This document shows positions 26,281-40,400 of a stretch of 64,000 bases of DNA, piece after piece (the stretch's first letter is position 1; each line of letters starts with the position of its first letter). The translations under genes were made by a program, and so were the position numbers. The notes under the pieces were generated by a model. The model had not been told where the DNA came from. It saw nothing but the letters and a program-made list of their open reading frames with translations, and did no database searches. The DNA comes from Balanoglossus misakiensis (taxonomy: Eukaryota; Animalia; Hemichordata): assembly GCA_040954595.2 (NCBI GenBank), contig CM082590.2:10876088-10940087 (forward strand), in the 5' to 3' direction.

Positions 26281-29200
26281 TATCAGCATCATCATCACCA
26301 CCACTACAACCGCCATCACCACCAACCCAACCACCACAATCATCATCATGTCATCTTAACAGTGGCTCTGTACACCCTGCAGTTCGAATACTGGAAAGTA
26401 ATTTCATTTCATCAGAATCAATGCTCACCATTACAAGTAGTTCTTCCAACTTGTTCATATCCTGCATCACAGGAGCATGTATAGCTGCCCACAACATTAT
26501 TGCAGTTTTGATCGCAGAATGACAATGTGGGGTTCAGGTCACGACCTAGCTGACACTCATCAATATCTGAAAACGAGATGATTTACAAGTGTTACAATCC
26601 CTTCTGAACTTCAACTTTTGTAACATGTGAAACAACTACTGCCCTAAGGGTAGAAAGAAATTTCCTATATATCCACCAATCTGCCTTGAGGGTAGCAATG
26701 TCTCTGAGCTGTGCCCAGAACAAGGTTAGCTCTGATGCCCAACTGTTGAACTGCGTAACTGACTATTTTCAAATAATTTGTGAGGTCATTAGAGCTTTTG
26801 TACATTATCATTTTTACACATTTTCTGTTAGACCAAATGGACAAAATGTAGCATTGATTGAAGGTCTGTATCAACATTTGAGAATAAAAATATTTTACAA
26901 GTTATAAGGTTCATTTTGTGAATACGACAAGTTGAATATGATGAGTGAAAGGGTTACACTTACCGTAACATTCAAAGCCATTTCCTGACAGACCAGTGGG
27001 ACAATCGCCACACTCAGCTAAGGTACTGGGTGGTGGTAAATCTGTGCATGAAACACCGTAGTAACAGGGGTTGTCTTGGCAAGCATTGAAGTCATTCTCA
27101 CAATGATCACCGCTGTACCCGGCTGGGCAGTCACAGGCAACAATCTGTGTAAGATACATTTGTTTCATTATTCTAATCTTGGTATTCTCACAATTATGAA
27201 TCCTGCTGTATGCTGACATATAAAACCTTAAATAATCTTGCCCCGAACTATATCCGCGATCTCATTCGGACATATTCTCCTGGTCGCAGGCTTCGTTCAG
27301 CTAATAAGAGCCTTTTATGCACTACAATGTACAAACGTTCTTCATACGGTGGCCGAGCATTCTCTTATGCTGCACCGAAACTCTCTGCCACAAGACATTC
27401 GTCAAGCTCCAAGTTTTAGTATCTTTAAGAAAAGACTGAAGACGCATTATTTCGCAAGAGCATATGGTGTGGGCCAGTGAGCACAAGCGCCTTTGAGTAT
27501 GACACTTAATTGTTATAGATACTGGCGCTATACAAATGTCTCTGATTGATTGATTGATTGATTGTATCGTGCTGTTAACAATTATTTTCTTCCAAGACAA
27601 TCAGTGAGAGAGAAGGCAAGATTGTGAGGTACTGACCTTGTACTTGTTATTGAGAACATCACTGCCACTGACAGTTGTGTCGTAGTTGCAAACCCCACCG
27701 TTGCTGCACTCACATATCTGTACTTCCACAACAAGTATTGATGACACTGAGCCATCTGAGGCTTCAACCTCCAGGGCAAGATCAGTTAAACTACTCGGTG
27801 TCCATTGCAATGTTCCACCTGTCAAAAAGAACATTCGCATTTCCAGAGAATGGATGAGTAGCCCACTTGACGGATGTTTGACAATTTTCTGTGTGTATTT
27901 CACATCACTTTTGTGACTCAATTGTATCCAAATACTTTTTTTACTTGCCCACAAGTCATGTGCATGTTTAAGAACATTGTATCATCAAATCATTTGTGTT
28001 TACGTCAGCTATGCTCTCTGTCAGTGTACCCTCCAACAAAAATAATTCATAAAAGAATTGAGTTCATTTGAGGATTTCTAAAAAATTCTCCGAGTCAGCC
28101 CAATACCTTTGCATGTAGTGTGGTCACTAGTGAGTCACCAGTGAGTTTGTTGAACCATTGGCGTGTCTTATAGGGTTGGAGGACACATTGGTCTCTGTAC
28201 ACCAATGACGTCATATTTGACACACATAATGACTTACTTGTCGGGTTTATTGTTGCTCCACTTGGACTTTGTGACAAACTGAAAACAACAGCATCACCAT
28301 TCGGATCAACGGCTGTGTACTGCAGACTGACAGAATTACCAACTTGCGCCTGTAGAACAGATGCTCCATCAATATTTGGTGGGAAGTTTTCTGGTGAAAT
28401 GAAATGTAATGCAAATTAGTGTAGTCATATTTGACAGTGCCAATAATCATTTGCTATAGAATTATGAGTTCACTAGAAGAGTACATACCAAGTTGATCAG
28501 CGTTTTCCACAAAATCTGAGGTTGCTGTTTTGGTTGTCTTTCCAACATCCAAGGATTGGGTTGCCAGAGCATCATACAAACACTGGGTGTTGCCGTCGCA
28601 TATTGCTTCAGCTTCTTGAAGATAAGCCGGGTTTTGATTCTGGGATCTTGCGACCAACTCTTCCAGGAAATATGGCACAAAGTCGGGATCGTTCATGGAA
28701 GACCAGGAATCGGTGCCATCGTATGTGAAGAGTGATGTTATGCTTGTCACCATCCCTGTAATGTAAACGCATGTTTCATTGCAACATTATTAAGCTGAAG
28801 GTAGTAAATAAACACAACAAACAGAGACACAGTGTTGCAGTAAAACACTGGTCACCTGTAGTGGGGATACAAAAAGATACCCCACTACAGCCGTGTAGGG
28901 TGGGTGGGTTTTATTAAATTTCAACAACAGGTAACACTGCACGCCGCACTAGCTGTGTGGAATTCGCATGAACGCAGAAAACTAAGTATGCATGTGTACA
29001 GACCCTGGCTATATTAATATTATAAGCAAGCTTATACCGGTACTACTCATTAAATCAATTGTAAATTTGTGCTGTTTAACACAACAGACCATGTGTTGTT
29101 TGTCCTGTGTCACATGTAAATGTCCTCTCATATCAACGGCTAGTCACGCGAGATCTCACAGGGTCTCGTGCAGTTTGGAAACAGGTCTATCATATTCATT

Positions 29201-32200
29201 TGGCTGTGATGCATACTTCATGTTTTCTGGGAATGCAAATACTTACATGATTGGCCAAAGCGGAACTGGTCTTGCTCAGTGATGTTGCCACCGGATACAG
29301 AAGGCTGCAACAGTTGACCATCTGCCATGGTGAAATCGTCGTCTGTGTCATCATTCCAAACCCCTACAAGCAATTGTGCAACAACACTGGTCAATATGCA
29401 AACCATCTCAACTATTAGGTTATGAAATGTATTACATCTGTGTGATATTACTGTTACAGATGTGAGCAGCTGTATGATGGATGAATGGATGGATGAATGA
29501 ATGAATGAATGAATGAATGAATGAATGAATGAATGAATGAATGAATGAATGAATGAATGAATGAATGAATGAATGAATGAATGAATGAATGAATATATAG
29601 ACATAAAATGATAAATAAAGGACATTTTGGCAGGAAGTAATACATGGCTTTACTTACCAAGAAGACCTTTTGTTTTCCCTTTATAAACTTGGGGTGCACT
29701 CAGTACAAAATCAAACACAGCTTCAACCAAATTTCCCTCGATACCGACGGACACCGAAATTCCGGAGGAGAAGATTGCTAAGACACGTGTTTCGTTACTC
29801 TGTCCAGTAGTCGTACTCAACTTGACGTTATCCAGACCAGAGCTGTACGGATCTAGAATGAAAATGCCAAATGACAATAAACGAATCTTAAAATAAGGCA
29901 AAGAGATGGTCCTGGAGAGATCTGCCATTTGGGGAAACTACTTAGAAATCTATAGAAATTAATATACCAATTCCTCCCTCTGTATTTTGATACACAGTGA
30001 AACCTGTCTATTAAGGACACGGCTCGGACTGGAAAATGTGTCCTTAATAGGGAGGTGTCGTGATTAGAGAGTTGTCCGTAATGACAGGTTTCACTGTATA
30101 TTTTATGTCTTACCTTCACTGAGTAAATCTGTATTGAATTGTACTCCATCGACATACACTAAAATATCTGTGCGATTGTCATTCATTCTCATTTCAATCT
30201 GAAATAATCAAAATAATATTAATGTTAGTAAAGCGTGAATGGAAACATGCATCACAATTGGAGCTGAAGATGGGTACAGCATAGACTCTGTCACAGCCTA
30301 CGGTTTGCTACAAGGCTCTTCACTGACGTGCCCTCAACCGTTTAGCAAAGGAGAAGCCCAATATGGTGTTGTGTGGCGAACCTCTCGCCGGACACACATG
30401 CAATCAGACAATAAACCTGCATGGACGGCGAGAGGGGTTGTGAGACAGTAAAGATGATGTTCCGCTTTCAACAACAAGAATAACACTTACGGTATTTGAG
30501 TCGTCCTGTTTGGCTGCAAAGGCTGAGAATATGGTGGCAGAAATTTCTGTCATGTTGGAAAGCAAGGCTTGAACAGTTCTGCCCTGGAGTTCAAAACGGC
30601 CGTCATCAACATCAACGATGGTGTACTCTCCCAGACCATTAAACGTGTAGGTGATTCCATCTATTGTAGTTAAATGAGGATCTCCAACACACCATGCTGC
30701 AGTTATCATACAAGAAAAGATTTCACTTCTAATCAATGTTCAAGATAAATAAGTATATTCTTCCTTTGTTGAGTGCTGATATTTTCCACACAAAATTTCA
30801 AATCAATATTTTTCCTTTAAAACCAATGTGTCCATATTTTCACTTTACTGGACAGGACTAAACCAGTCGCATAACAGCGTACCAAAGATGCACAAGAGCC
30901 AGACATATTCAAATGCGATGATGTTTTACAATAGTTGTTGTGTTATTCTGGCTGTTCCAAAAATGTCCAACTCTGGTACTGACAATCATTGGCAGCCATT
31001 TTCTACAATTTATTCTGATTTCCTGACAGAGATAAAGACAGACACCACAATGGAAGTTCCCTGAGATGCTCATTAAAAAGTTGCACCAGATTTCCATAGG
31101 GACCTCACCTGTATTGGGGGCAGTGTAATTTGTACAGCTCTCAGACGGTCTCTTCTCTTGATATTTGTCGCAGAATGATTCATCAGTTGAAGCTTCACAG
31201 CAGTAATACCTTGGTAGCAGATCATCCTCTGTAATTATGAGTTCAGAGGAAATGAACTTTGTATTGGTTAATCTTCAAGATTGTGCATGCATTTATGTGC
31301 GAGTGTGTGTGTGTGTACATGGGTATGTGATGTATATGTGCATACATATGTATGAACCGCTATGTATGTACTGTACCAAATATAAAATATATAACTATAT
31401 AATGTCAGGGAAGCTTGTACAGTTTCCAAAACTTACCTAGCCACTGCAGATAAGTATCAGAGTCGAAATACGACCCAGCAGTCCAACCACGGAACGGATA
31501 CTGCCATCTTTCCTGGAAGCTGCTGGCCAAAACGTTGCTTCCATACCCAGTAATCAAAGAACCATCAGAACGATAGGCACACTGGGAACCAGCTCCACTG
31601 TCCAGGTTGTATGTCAACTCATACATAGCAGATGGTGCTGTAATATAGAAATAACCAAAAGAAGATAGGTAGATATTTATTATTCACTGCAAGGCCTCAG
31701 CCCATCACACATTTGTAGAAAAGAAACATAGAACACTGAGAAGGTCACTGGCAAAAAAAATATGTATGTACACTCTGTGACTCAAAATTTAAGCCATGGA
31801 CAAAAGCTAGCTCCATGTTAAACGTGGTAACTCTTCATGTCTTTTAGATGCGTGAAGCAAAAATAATGAAATAAATAACCACGTATACTGTAAAACAGGA
31901 ATTATTTGCGATATCAACAGAGGCAACTATGTCGCGACAATTAATTTTCGCATTCTTATCTCTTAAACAGAGTAAAGTAATGCAATGTAACTGGAAATAT
32001 AAATTGCACTTCAGCTGGATATCTACCTTGTCTCTGGCTTATGGCTGTTAATATTCCGGTTGTAAGTCCAACAGTCACTTCACCAGCAGTAAGCGATGCC
32101 GGTAAATCCAAGTATCCAGTTGTTGCTCCACCGGAAAATAAATTATCCCGCTGGCTCTGAGACAGAGTGCAAGGACAAGATGTGAGGTTTTGATTCCAGG

Positions 32201-34360
32201 TGATGGGATCCTCCTGCAAGTTGTACCAGTTGAGACACATCTGTTTATAATTGATTGTTGACTGAGTGTTGTTTTCGAGTCTCAGCACCCATTGGCCCTG
32301 TAACCCTGTATTGCCGACTTGTTGGTCTGGTCTATAACGCGTGGAAAGGTCTGAGAATTGCTCGTGGAGATTTTCAAACCATCCATCTCCCCAGTTGTAA
32401 CCGAAGATAACGTTATTCTCTGCGCGAGTTCTGTAATTCCACAGCATTTCATCTTCTCTGTAGTTGAAGATCGCAAAACTGTAGACACCGTCTGTGGCTA
32501 ACACAGCTTGGAATGTATTGGTCTAAAACAAGAAAATAAATTTCAAAATTAAAAACAATGAATCAATCAATGGAATAATTATACACCAAATGCAAAACCT
32601 GTCCAAGCACAAGCAAGAATGCAAGGCACGTATAAGCAATTAAATAAATTGATGAATTCAATCAATCAATCAACCAAATAAAATGAAAACCTGCAATGCA
32701 AATAAAGATCTTAAAAACCCATTTTCATGTTCCACTCACCGATTCTTGTGTGAAAGTAACATTGAAATCAGCAACCTGGTACCATGTTATTTTGAGAGCC
32801 CAGGTCACGTTGAATGAATTGCCAGGCTGACCTGAAGAGTAAGAGCTTTGCACTCTGCTATTGATTTCCTCAAATATCTCAGGATTGGTTGCCCGATCAT
32901 CATAAACCTGAAGATAAAAGTTTAAAAAGATGCTGATGAAATCAATCTGTGAAACATGATCGAAACACTGAATTGCACCCCCACCCCCACCCACACGCAC
33001 AACACCCCTGTAGCAGTACGAACACTCACCTGGTAATATACTTCACCAACATCAGCATCAGTCATGTCGCTATTTTCCCAGAACACTGCGACCATTGGCA
33101 CATCGTCGTCAGAAGTGAATCCATTTTCAGACGGGTAGGGGTATGCATATTTGTCTCCGTTTTCATTGATGAAGATGATCTGGCCATTGTCAGTGAACTG
33201 TGGTAACAACAAGAGAAGATGGGACACCCTCTTCATTGCATTTTTCACTGCAGTCATACAAGGAAACTCGGTCATACGAAATTTAACCTTTCTTTTGGAT
33301 TGCCATTGATGACAAACTACCAACTGCACATCATATAAAATTACCAATGCAAACAGCAAGAGTTTGAAATATCAAACTGCTATGCTTTCAGCAAATCAAC
33401 TTGGATTGTACAGGATTCGAACCCATATCAACTGCACCGATTCATGTAACGCGTGAGCCTGCACATAAAATGGCCATGCCAAAGTATGCTAAACCAAGCA
33501 ATCCAACAATTCATCTGGACTGGGCAATGATGGCCTCAGTTGAACTGTTGGCACCCACTAGCAATCTGTCAAGAGGTGATCATTGCCGCAAGAAATGATG
33601 TCAATCACATTTAGTTATGTCGCAGTCCCCCCTTACAAGCGTGGAATCCCCCCCCCCCCCACAAGAAGTGTTCAAATGCTGGATCGACACACTGATATTC
33701 TGTGACTGGGTTATTCCACTTGAGTCAAAACAGGAGGAGAAGTACTTACATAAAGACTGTAGAAGAAATTACCACCAAATGGAAAGCCAAGCAGTGGAGA
33801 GATTGTTCTGGAAACAATATCCTCCCATAATCTTGAACTTGCTTCATCGTACGTGCTTCGCAGACGAAGGTCACCAGCAGTGTCGCCGAATGGAAAGAAG
33901 ATGATTTCTGTGAAACAGACAGAGACAGTTTAAACCATCAGAATTCATACATGTCTTTGTTTACTGTCATTTATCCAACTGTGAATGATTACTGTGAATG
34001 ATAATAACACTCTATTATACACATTATTCTTTTTGCGGCTATCAATTATCAAGTGATTTTTGGAGGGCTCTCGCATAGTTCGCATAATTTTATTGTTCAC
34101 AAAAGCTTTCCTGTTTTACAGTCCCTACCTTTACAGTCAGTACCATCACCTCTGTAGCCGACATAGCATGTACACACATAACCTCCCAGGGTATTTGTGC
34201 AGACAGCATTAATATCACAGTTTGCTGAACCTTCTGTACACTCGTTGATATCTGTGTGAAAATAAACATTAATGGTAATGTTTGTTGATAAAGGCCAGAT
34301 ATAATACTCAAAATACACCATATTAACAGTCACCACCACCACCAGCATCCTCCTCCTACT

Positions 34361-34391
<31 letters not shown>

Positions 34392-34412
34392 ATCATCATC
34401 ATCATCACCTCC

Positions 34413-34444
<32 letters not shown>

Positions 34445-37400
34445 AATCATCATCATCATCATCAGCATCATCACCACTATCACCATCTTCCTAACTCAAC
34501 ATTTCAATGTCGTGTACATTACCTTCATCACAATTAACACCCTGCCATCCAGTCGCACAGTTACATGTATATGCGTTCACTTGATCGATGCATTCACCAC
34601 CATTCTGGCAAGGACTGTCCGCACATTCGTTTATTTCTGTAGGGAAAGGAAGATGTGAGACTTTATATGCTGGAGAGAGAGAGAGAGAGAGAGAGCACTG
34701 GTCCCATTGTAGCAAAATCTATGAAGCTATACAATACAGCAGTTAAAAAATAATTAAAATGATCAACATAAAAAATACCATGAATAGAAGTGATTTTCAT
34801 GTTTCAATCCTGCCAAATTAATCAATGTGGGTTGGCCAAGAGATGCACATTATGAAACTCGGGCAGCTTTGGAATTGTTACATACCTGTACAAGAGACAG
34901 AGTCGCTTGCCAACTCGTAGCCATCATAACAACTGCAATAGTAGCCACGGTCATCTGTGTCTCGATCTGTGTTCGTGCAGTTGTGGTGACAATCATTCAG
35001 AGCAGCTTCCGCACATTCATTCACATCTGGTGACACAAATTTTCATCAAAGTTCATTGATTAAAAAGAAACAATTATTGAATTAACTTCCAAGTGAATCC
35101 ACTATTGGACATTCCTCACACCACTGTTAACCCTCTGTAATTGCTATCAATCGATGCACAGCTAAAGCAAGACTCTGAACAGTTCTGGCACTACAATTAA
35201 GAGTGTAACAAGCTTTACACCCTTTCACCCCCAAATCCCTCTTTAGAGGTCTAACCTTACCCCAGAAAACAATGGGTTTGGACTGAACCATGGTGGTCAA
35301 AGGGTTAAAACTGATTGCGTTGGGTGCATCCTATATGGCCAGAAAGAGTTGACAATATCACCTTACAAATATTTGATAAGACAACCAGAAAACAATTTTT
35401 TTATAGACAGACATAGACCAGTGATGCAACCATTGCAATAAATAGTGAACGGACCATGACTTTTTCACCTTCACCCAGGTTGAAGTCTGCTCTAATAACA
35501 ATCATAGATTTTTCACTAATTAAACGTTCTTATGACTCACCGTCATTGCACTGGGCTCCAGTCCATCCAGCTGCACATTGACAAGAGTAACCATTAACAA
35601 GATCAGTGCAGGTCCCTCCATTTTGGCATGGAAGAGGTGTGCATTCATCAATTTCTATACAGGCAAAAGGAAAACAATAACAAACAATTTATTACACTGC
35701 CCTACTTAGAAAGATATTACAGTAAAACCTGTCTAAACCACTCACAACAGAGACTGAAGAAATTGTTTGGTTTGCGCAGGTGTCTGGTTTATAGAGGTTC
35801 TTTTAGCGAGTGATTTTAAGTGGAAGGGATTGGAAAATGTGTTTGTTATCAACAGGTTTCCAGAATAGACAGGGTTTGGTTTGCTTAGACTGGTTTTTGC
35901 TGAGGCTAACAACTGCATTTCCATCTTCTACACACACAGAAAATTCCAGTTTTGACAATCAACTGCGTAAATATGCCACATCTTTGATTACCTTGATCGC
36001 AGAGTGTTCCTTCATAACCACCATCACATGTACATGTGAAATGGTTTAATTCATCTGTGCAGTCACCGTACACACATGGATTGGTACTGCATTCGTTGGT
36101 CTCTGAAAAATGGAAATGATATTAGAAATGTTGACACAAGGCTTTGAGTTTGAGAGCAGTGTGGACAGTGACCTTAAACTACTCCATTTTTTGGCCAAAA
36201 CATATTCTTACCTGTTTCACAATAATCCCCTTCATATCCTGCATAGCACTGACAAGTGTATCCCTCCGTCTGGTCAACGCAATGTCCATTCACGCAATCG
36301 TTTGATAGGCAACCATCAATTTCTGAATAAAAAATTACATAATGAGTATGTATGCATGACTATTAAAGAGAGAGTGAAAAGTGATGGTTGAACAACTATT
36401 ATTAATTGTTATCAGTATGAGTGCAACAATAGAGATTGCAACACAAAGCATTACTGGTACACTTTTTTGGACCATCTGAAATGATGAAATGTAAACAATG
36501 ACAAGCTTAATGACATGAAGTCATACCTATGCTAACTATTATATCTGTAACAAGTATGTTGGACTGACTTTCCTACCTATCCAAGTATGTGGACTTACCA
36601 AGGCATGTTCTATCATCAGCTTGCAATTGGTAACCATTGGGACAATCACAGGAATACGAACCATGAGAATTCACACACTGATGGGAGCAATCGTTTGTAG
36701 TGTCGTTGTAACACTCGTTGATATCTGTATACAATCAAATTTTGAGCATCATAATAGTTTGTTAATATTTGGATAAGTTAATTAAAGGTATACAGTCACC
36801 TCTCAGTTATATGTTCCTATATATCGTCATTGATTCACCAACAGGATGTACCTGCATAAATTTGATACAGGTGTTAACATCGACCATCATAAAAAATACA
36901 TACCTTCTGTGCAATAGGTGTTGACGTTTTGATTGAGTTTGAAACCACTGTTACATTCACAAGTTTGTTCACCATTCACAACAACACAGGTTCCCGAGAA
37001 GCATTCCAGAGCACATGATTTTGTTCCTGTAATTTTAATAAATTGTTTACATTGTAAATATCGGTACAGACTGCATAAACATAAGAATGTACAGGTGCCT
37101 TAGAATGCTATCTGCATAGAAATGACATGTCTTCAATAGATACCATGTGTGATGGTCGCAGATAGCGACTTCTCACAAAAGTTCGACTTGCACTTTCAGT
37201 CTCAGATAGCCTTCTGAGGCACCTGTACATAAAATCATAAAAATATACAATATTCTATTACGGTCCTTCTATATTTTGTTATCAGGCCTTACCTGCATTG
37301 CATGTTGTGCCTGTGTATCCCGGGAGACAGCTACATGAATAACCATCCACTTCATCAGTGCAAGTGGCACCATTCTTGCATGGGGAGTTTGCACAGTCGT

Positions 37401-40400
37401 TGATATCTAGGGAAAGGATATGAGACATTGAACACTGGTGATGTCTAACCTTTACCATAGAAAACAATAGGTTTGGACTGAACCATGGTGGTGAAAGGGT
37501 TCAAATTAAAGGATCGATGGAATCCCATCTGCACCTGCGTTTGGCCCTGTACAACACCTTGCTAGTAAGTTGAAGTGGGAGAATCTACCCGGTATACCTG
37601 TACAAACAATATGGTTGTTACTTAAGCAATAAAACACCCCCAGCCATGGTATACCACGAGATTTTGACCAGTTCACGACATATACGCACTCGCTATCGCT
37701 CGTGCGTATATGGAGTTGAACTGGTCAAAATCGAGTGGTATACCATGGCTTGGGGTGTTTTATTGCTATTATATTATGCCAGTATATTGAAACTTTGCAT
37801 AAAACATTTTAAAAAGGCATTTTCTTTGACTATGATATATGACTGTGATATATGGCTAATATATCACGGTCACGTGTCGTGTCTCGACCAATCAAATAGC
37901 GTGATTTACACCATCAATATACTGGTATAATATAATTTTATATATATCATGGCAAACAATGTGTCGTTACTTTTAATCACATTTCCAAATTACTTTGATA
38001 TAACATATGAATTATTACCTATGATCTAGGGGTTCTATATACAGCTTTGTAGGAAGAATGTGTTCAAGTCTGGTGACTTCCACAGTAAATATCACACACT
38101 ACATACATCAGCAAAATTCAATTGCACAACTACAATGCTTACCTATATCACAGTCTTTTCCATTGTATCCAGCATCGCAAGAACAAGAGTAGTCATTGAC
38201 CAGGTCAGTACAGCTGCCATGCACACAAGGGTCTGGGTCACATTCATTATTTTCTGTGACAAGATAATGAAATACAGTTTCAGTCTTTGTTGCCAAGTCA
38301 CCATAAAAACAACACACATATTTCATTATGGAACCATAATGGAAATCTATAGCATGAACAATACCTGTGCAGTTTCGTCCATCAACGCTCAGTGTGTACC
38401 CGTCTCTACACGAACAAGAATAGATACCATTGTCGTAGACACAGATTTGCTCGCAAGCACCATTTGTAGTACAGTCTCCGACATCTGAGGGAAACAAAAT
38501 AAAATACTAATGATTATAATAATGATTTCAAGAGAAAATTCAACATGCATATACAGTAAAAACTGTCTCAACCGAACCCTCTCTAATCAGGAAACTTGTC
38601 AATACTGAACACATTTTCCTGTACTGTCCCTTGGACATAGAACCACTTAAAAGAACCTCAAAAACTGGACACCTCTGAAAACTGAACAATTTCTTAGGTC
38701 CCTTTGGTGTTCGGTAATTTAGACAGGTTTTACTACAGTCAGGACAAGTGAAAATTTCAGTTAAACTAATTCACGAAAGATTACATACCATTAACAGTGA
38801 CTGTAAAAGTGCAGGTTCCTGTAATACCAGCTGCGTCTGTCGCAGAACACGTCACAGTTGTCTCACCAACACCGAAGGCAGATCCGGAAGCAGGGTTGCA
38901 AGAGACTGATGGAGTTGTTCCGGAATTATCCGTGGATGACTCACCGCTGAAAGTGACTACAGCTGTTGTTGCTCCCACAGCTAGATTCGCACTGGCGTCA
39001 GCTGGACATGTTACCACAGGAGCTGTGGTATCTGTTACATTCAAAACAAATTAAGAGTTAAATTTTATTTGTCAATAAATATAACATTTCTTGTCCCTTA
39101 TTTTTCACATCTCACTTCAAAACTCCCTGAACCACTTCGTTCCATTCTTACACAATGATCTCTTTCAATTGTATTTCTACATGATATTCGACAAACGTTA
39201 CCAAATAGAGGTAGTCTTGAGAAATTGTTGTCAAATATTTAATTTACCTTGTACAGTGACTGTGAAAGTACAAGTTGCTTCGTTTCCAGATGCGTCTGCG
39301 ACCGAACATGTGACATCAGTTTCTCCATCACTGAACGTTGTTCCTGAAGCTGGTGTACATGTCACTGCAGGTGTTGTTCCAGAATTGTCAGTGGCTGATC
39401 CACTGAATGTGACCACGGCCGTTGTGCCTCCCGTGTCATACTCAACTGTCTGATCAGTTGGACATGTTAGGACTGGATCAGTGGTGTCTGGAAGAAAGGG
39501 ACATAAAAAACGTTTTGATACACATACAATCAAACCTCTATCAATTGGCAAAATAAAATGTTGGTGGGTGTTACATCAGAATATTGTGAAGGAATTATTG
39601 TCAGTTTGAATACCTTGTACGTTGACTGTAAAAGTACAAGTATCTTGGTTGCCAGCAGCATCAGTGGTCGTACAAGTAACGACTGTAGAACCAGAGTTGA
39701 AAACAGAACCTGAAGCTACATCACACGACACCGAGGGTGTAACTCCTGAATTGTCTGTGGCTGATTCACCACTGTAAACAACCACTGCAGTCGTTCCACC
39801 ATCATCGTATTCGACTGTTTGATTCGTGGGACATGTGATTACTGGATCAGTTGTGTCTGCAATGACAATATGGAAGTTAAATATTAAGTATTTCATTCCA
39901 AACATATTGTATTCAGCAATACTCAAGGGTTTATGTAGTTGATCTGTAGATGGCTGCTTCAAAACAAAAAAACAGAACAAACCTTGCACAGTTACAGTAA
40001 AACTACATGTGCCGTCGTTTCCTGAAGCGTCCGTAGCTCTACATGTAACATCAGTATCTCCACTGTTGAAGGTGGAACCAGAAACAGGACTGCATGTCAC
40101 AGCTGGACTTGTGCCGGAATTGTCCGTTGCTGACTCGCCAGTGAATGTGACCACAGAAGTCGTACCACCAGTGTCGTACTCCACAGTCTGGTTCGAAGGA
40201 CATGTGACAACTGGATCGGTAGTATCTGTCAAAGCAATGAATCCAGCAATGTCATTTCACAAAAAGCCAATTCAACATTAATCTATACATGTACATCACA
40301 AATTCACTCACATAATACCATAATACGATAAAAGTGCATGACAAAATTCTAAGAGGTGACTCTTGATAAAGTGCTTTGTCAAAGGCAGACAGTTTCTGAA

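Noticed and set aside
20274-34486. Low-complexity ORFs (poly-ER/SL, HT/CV, poly-D/I, FIHS, poly-M/R)
   Set aside because: They are translations of intronic microsatellites.
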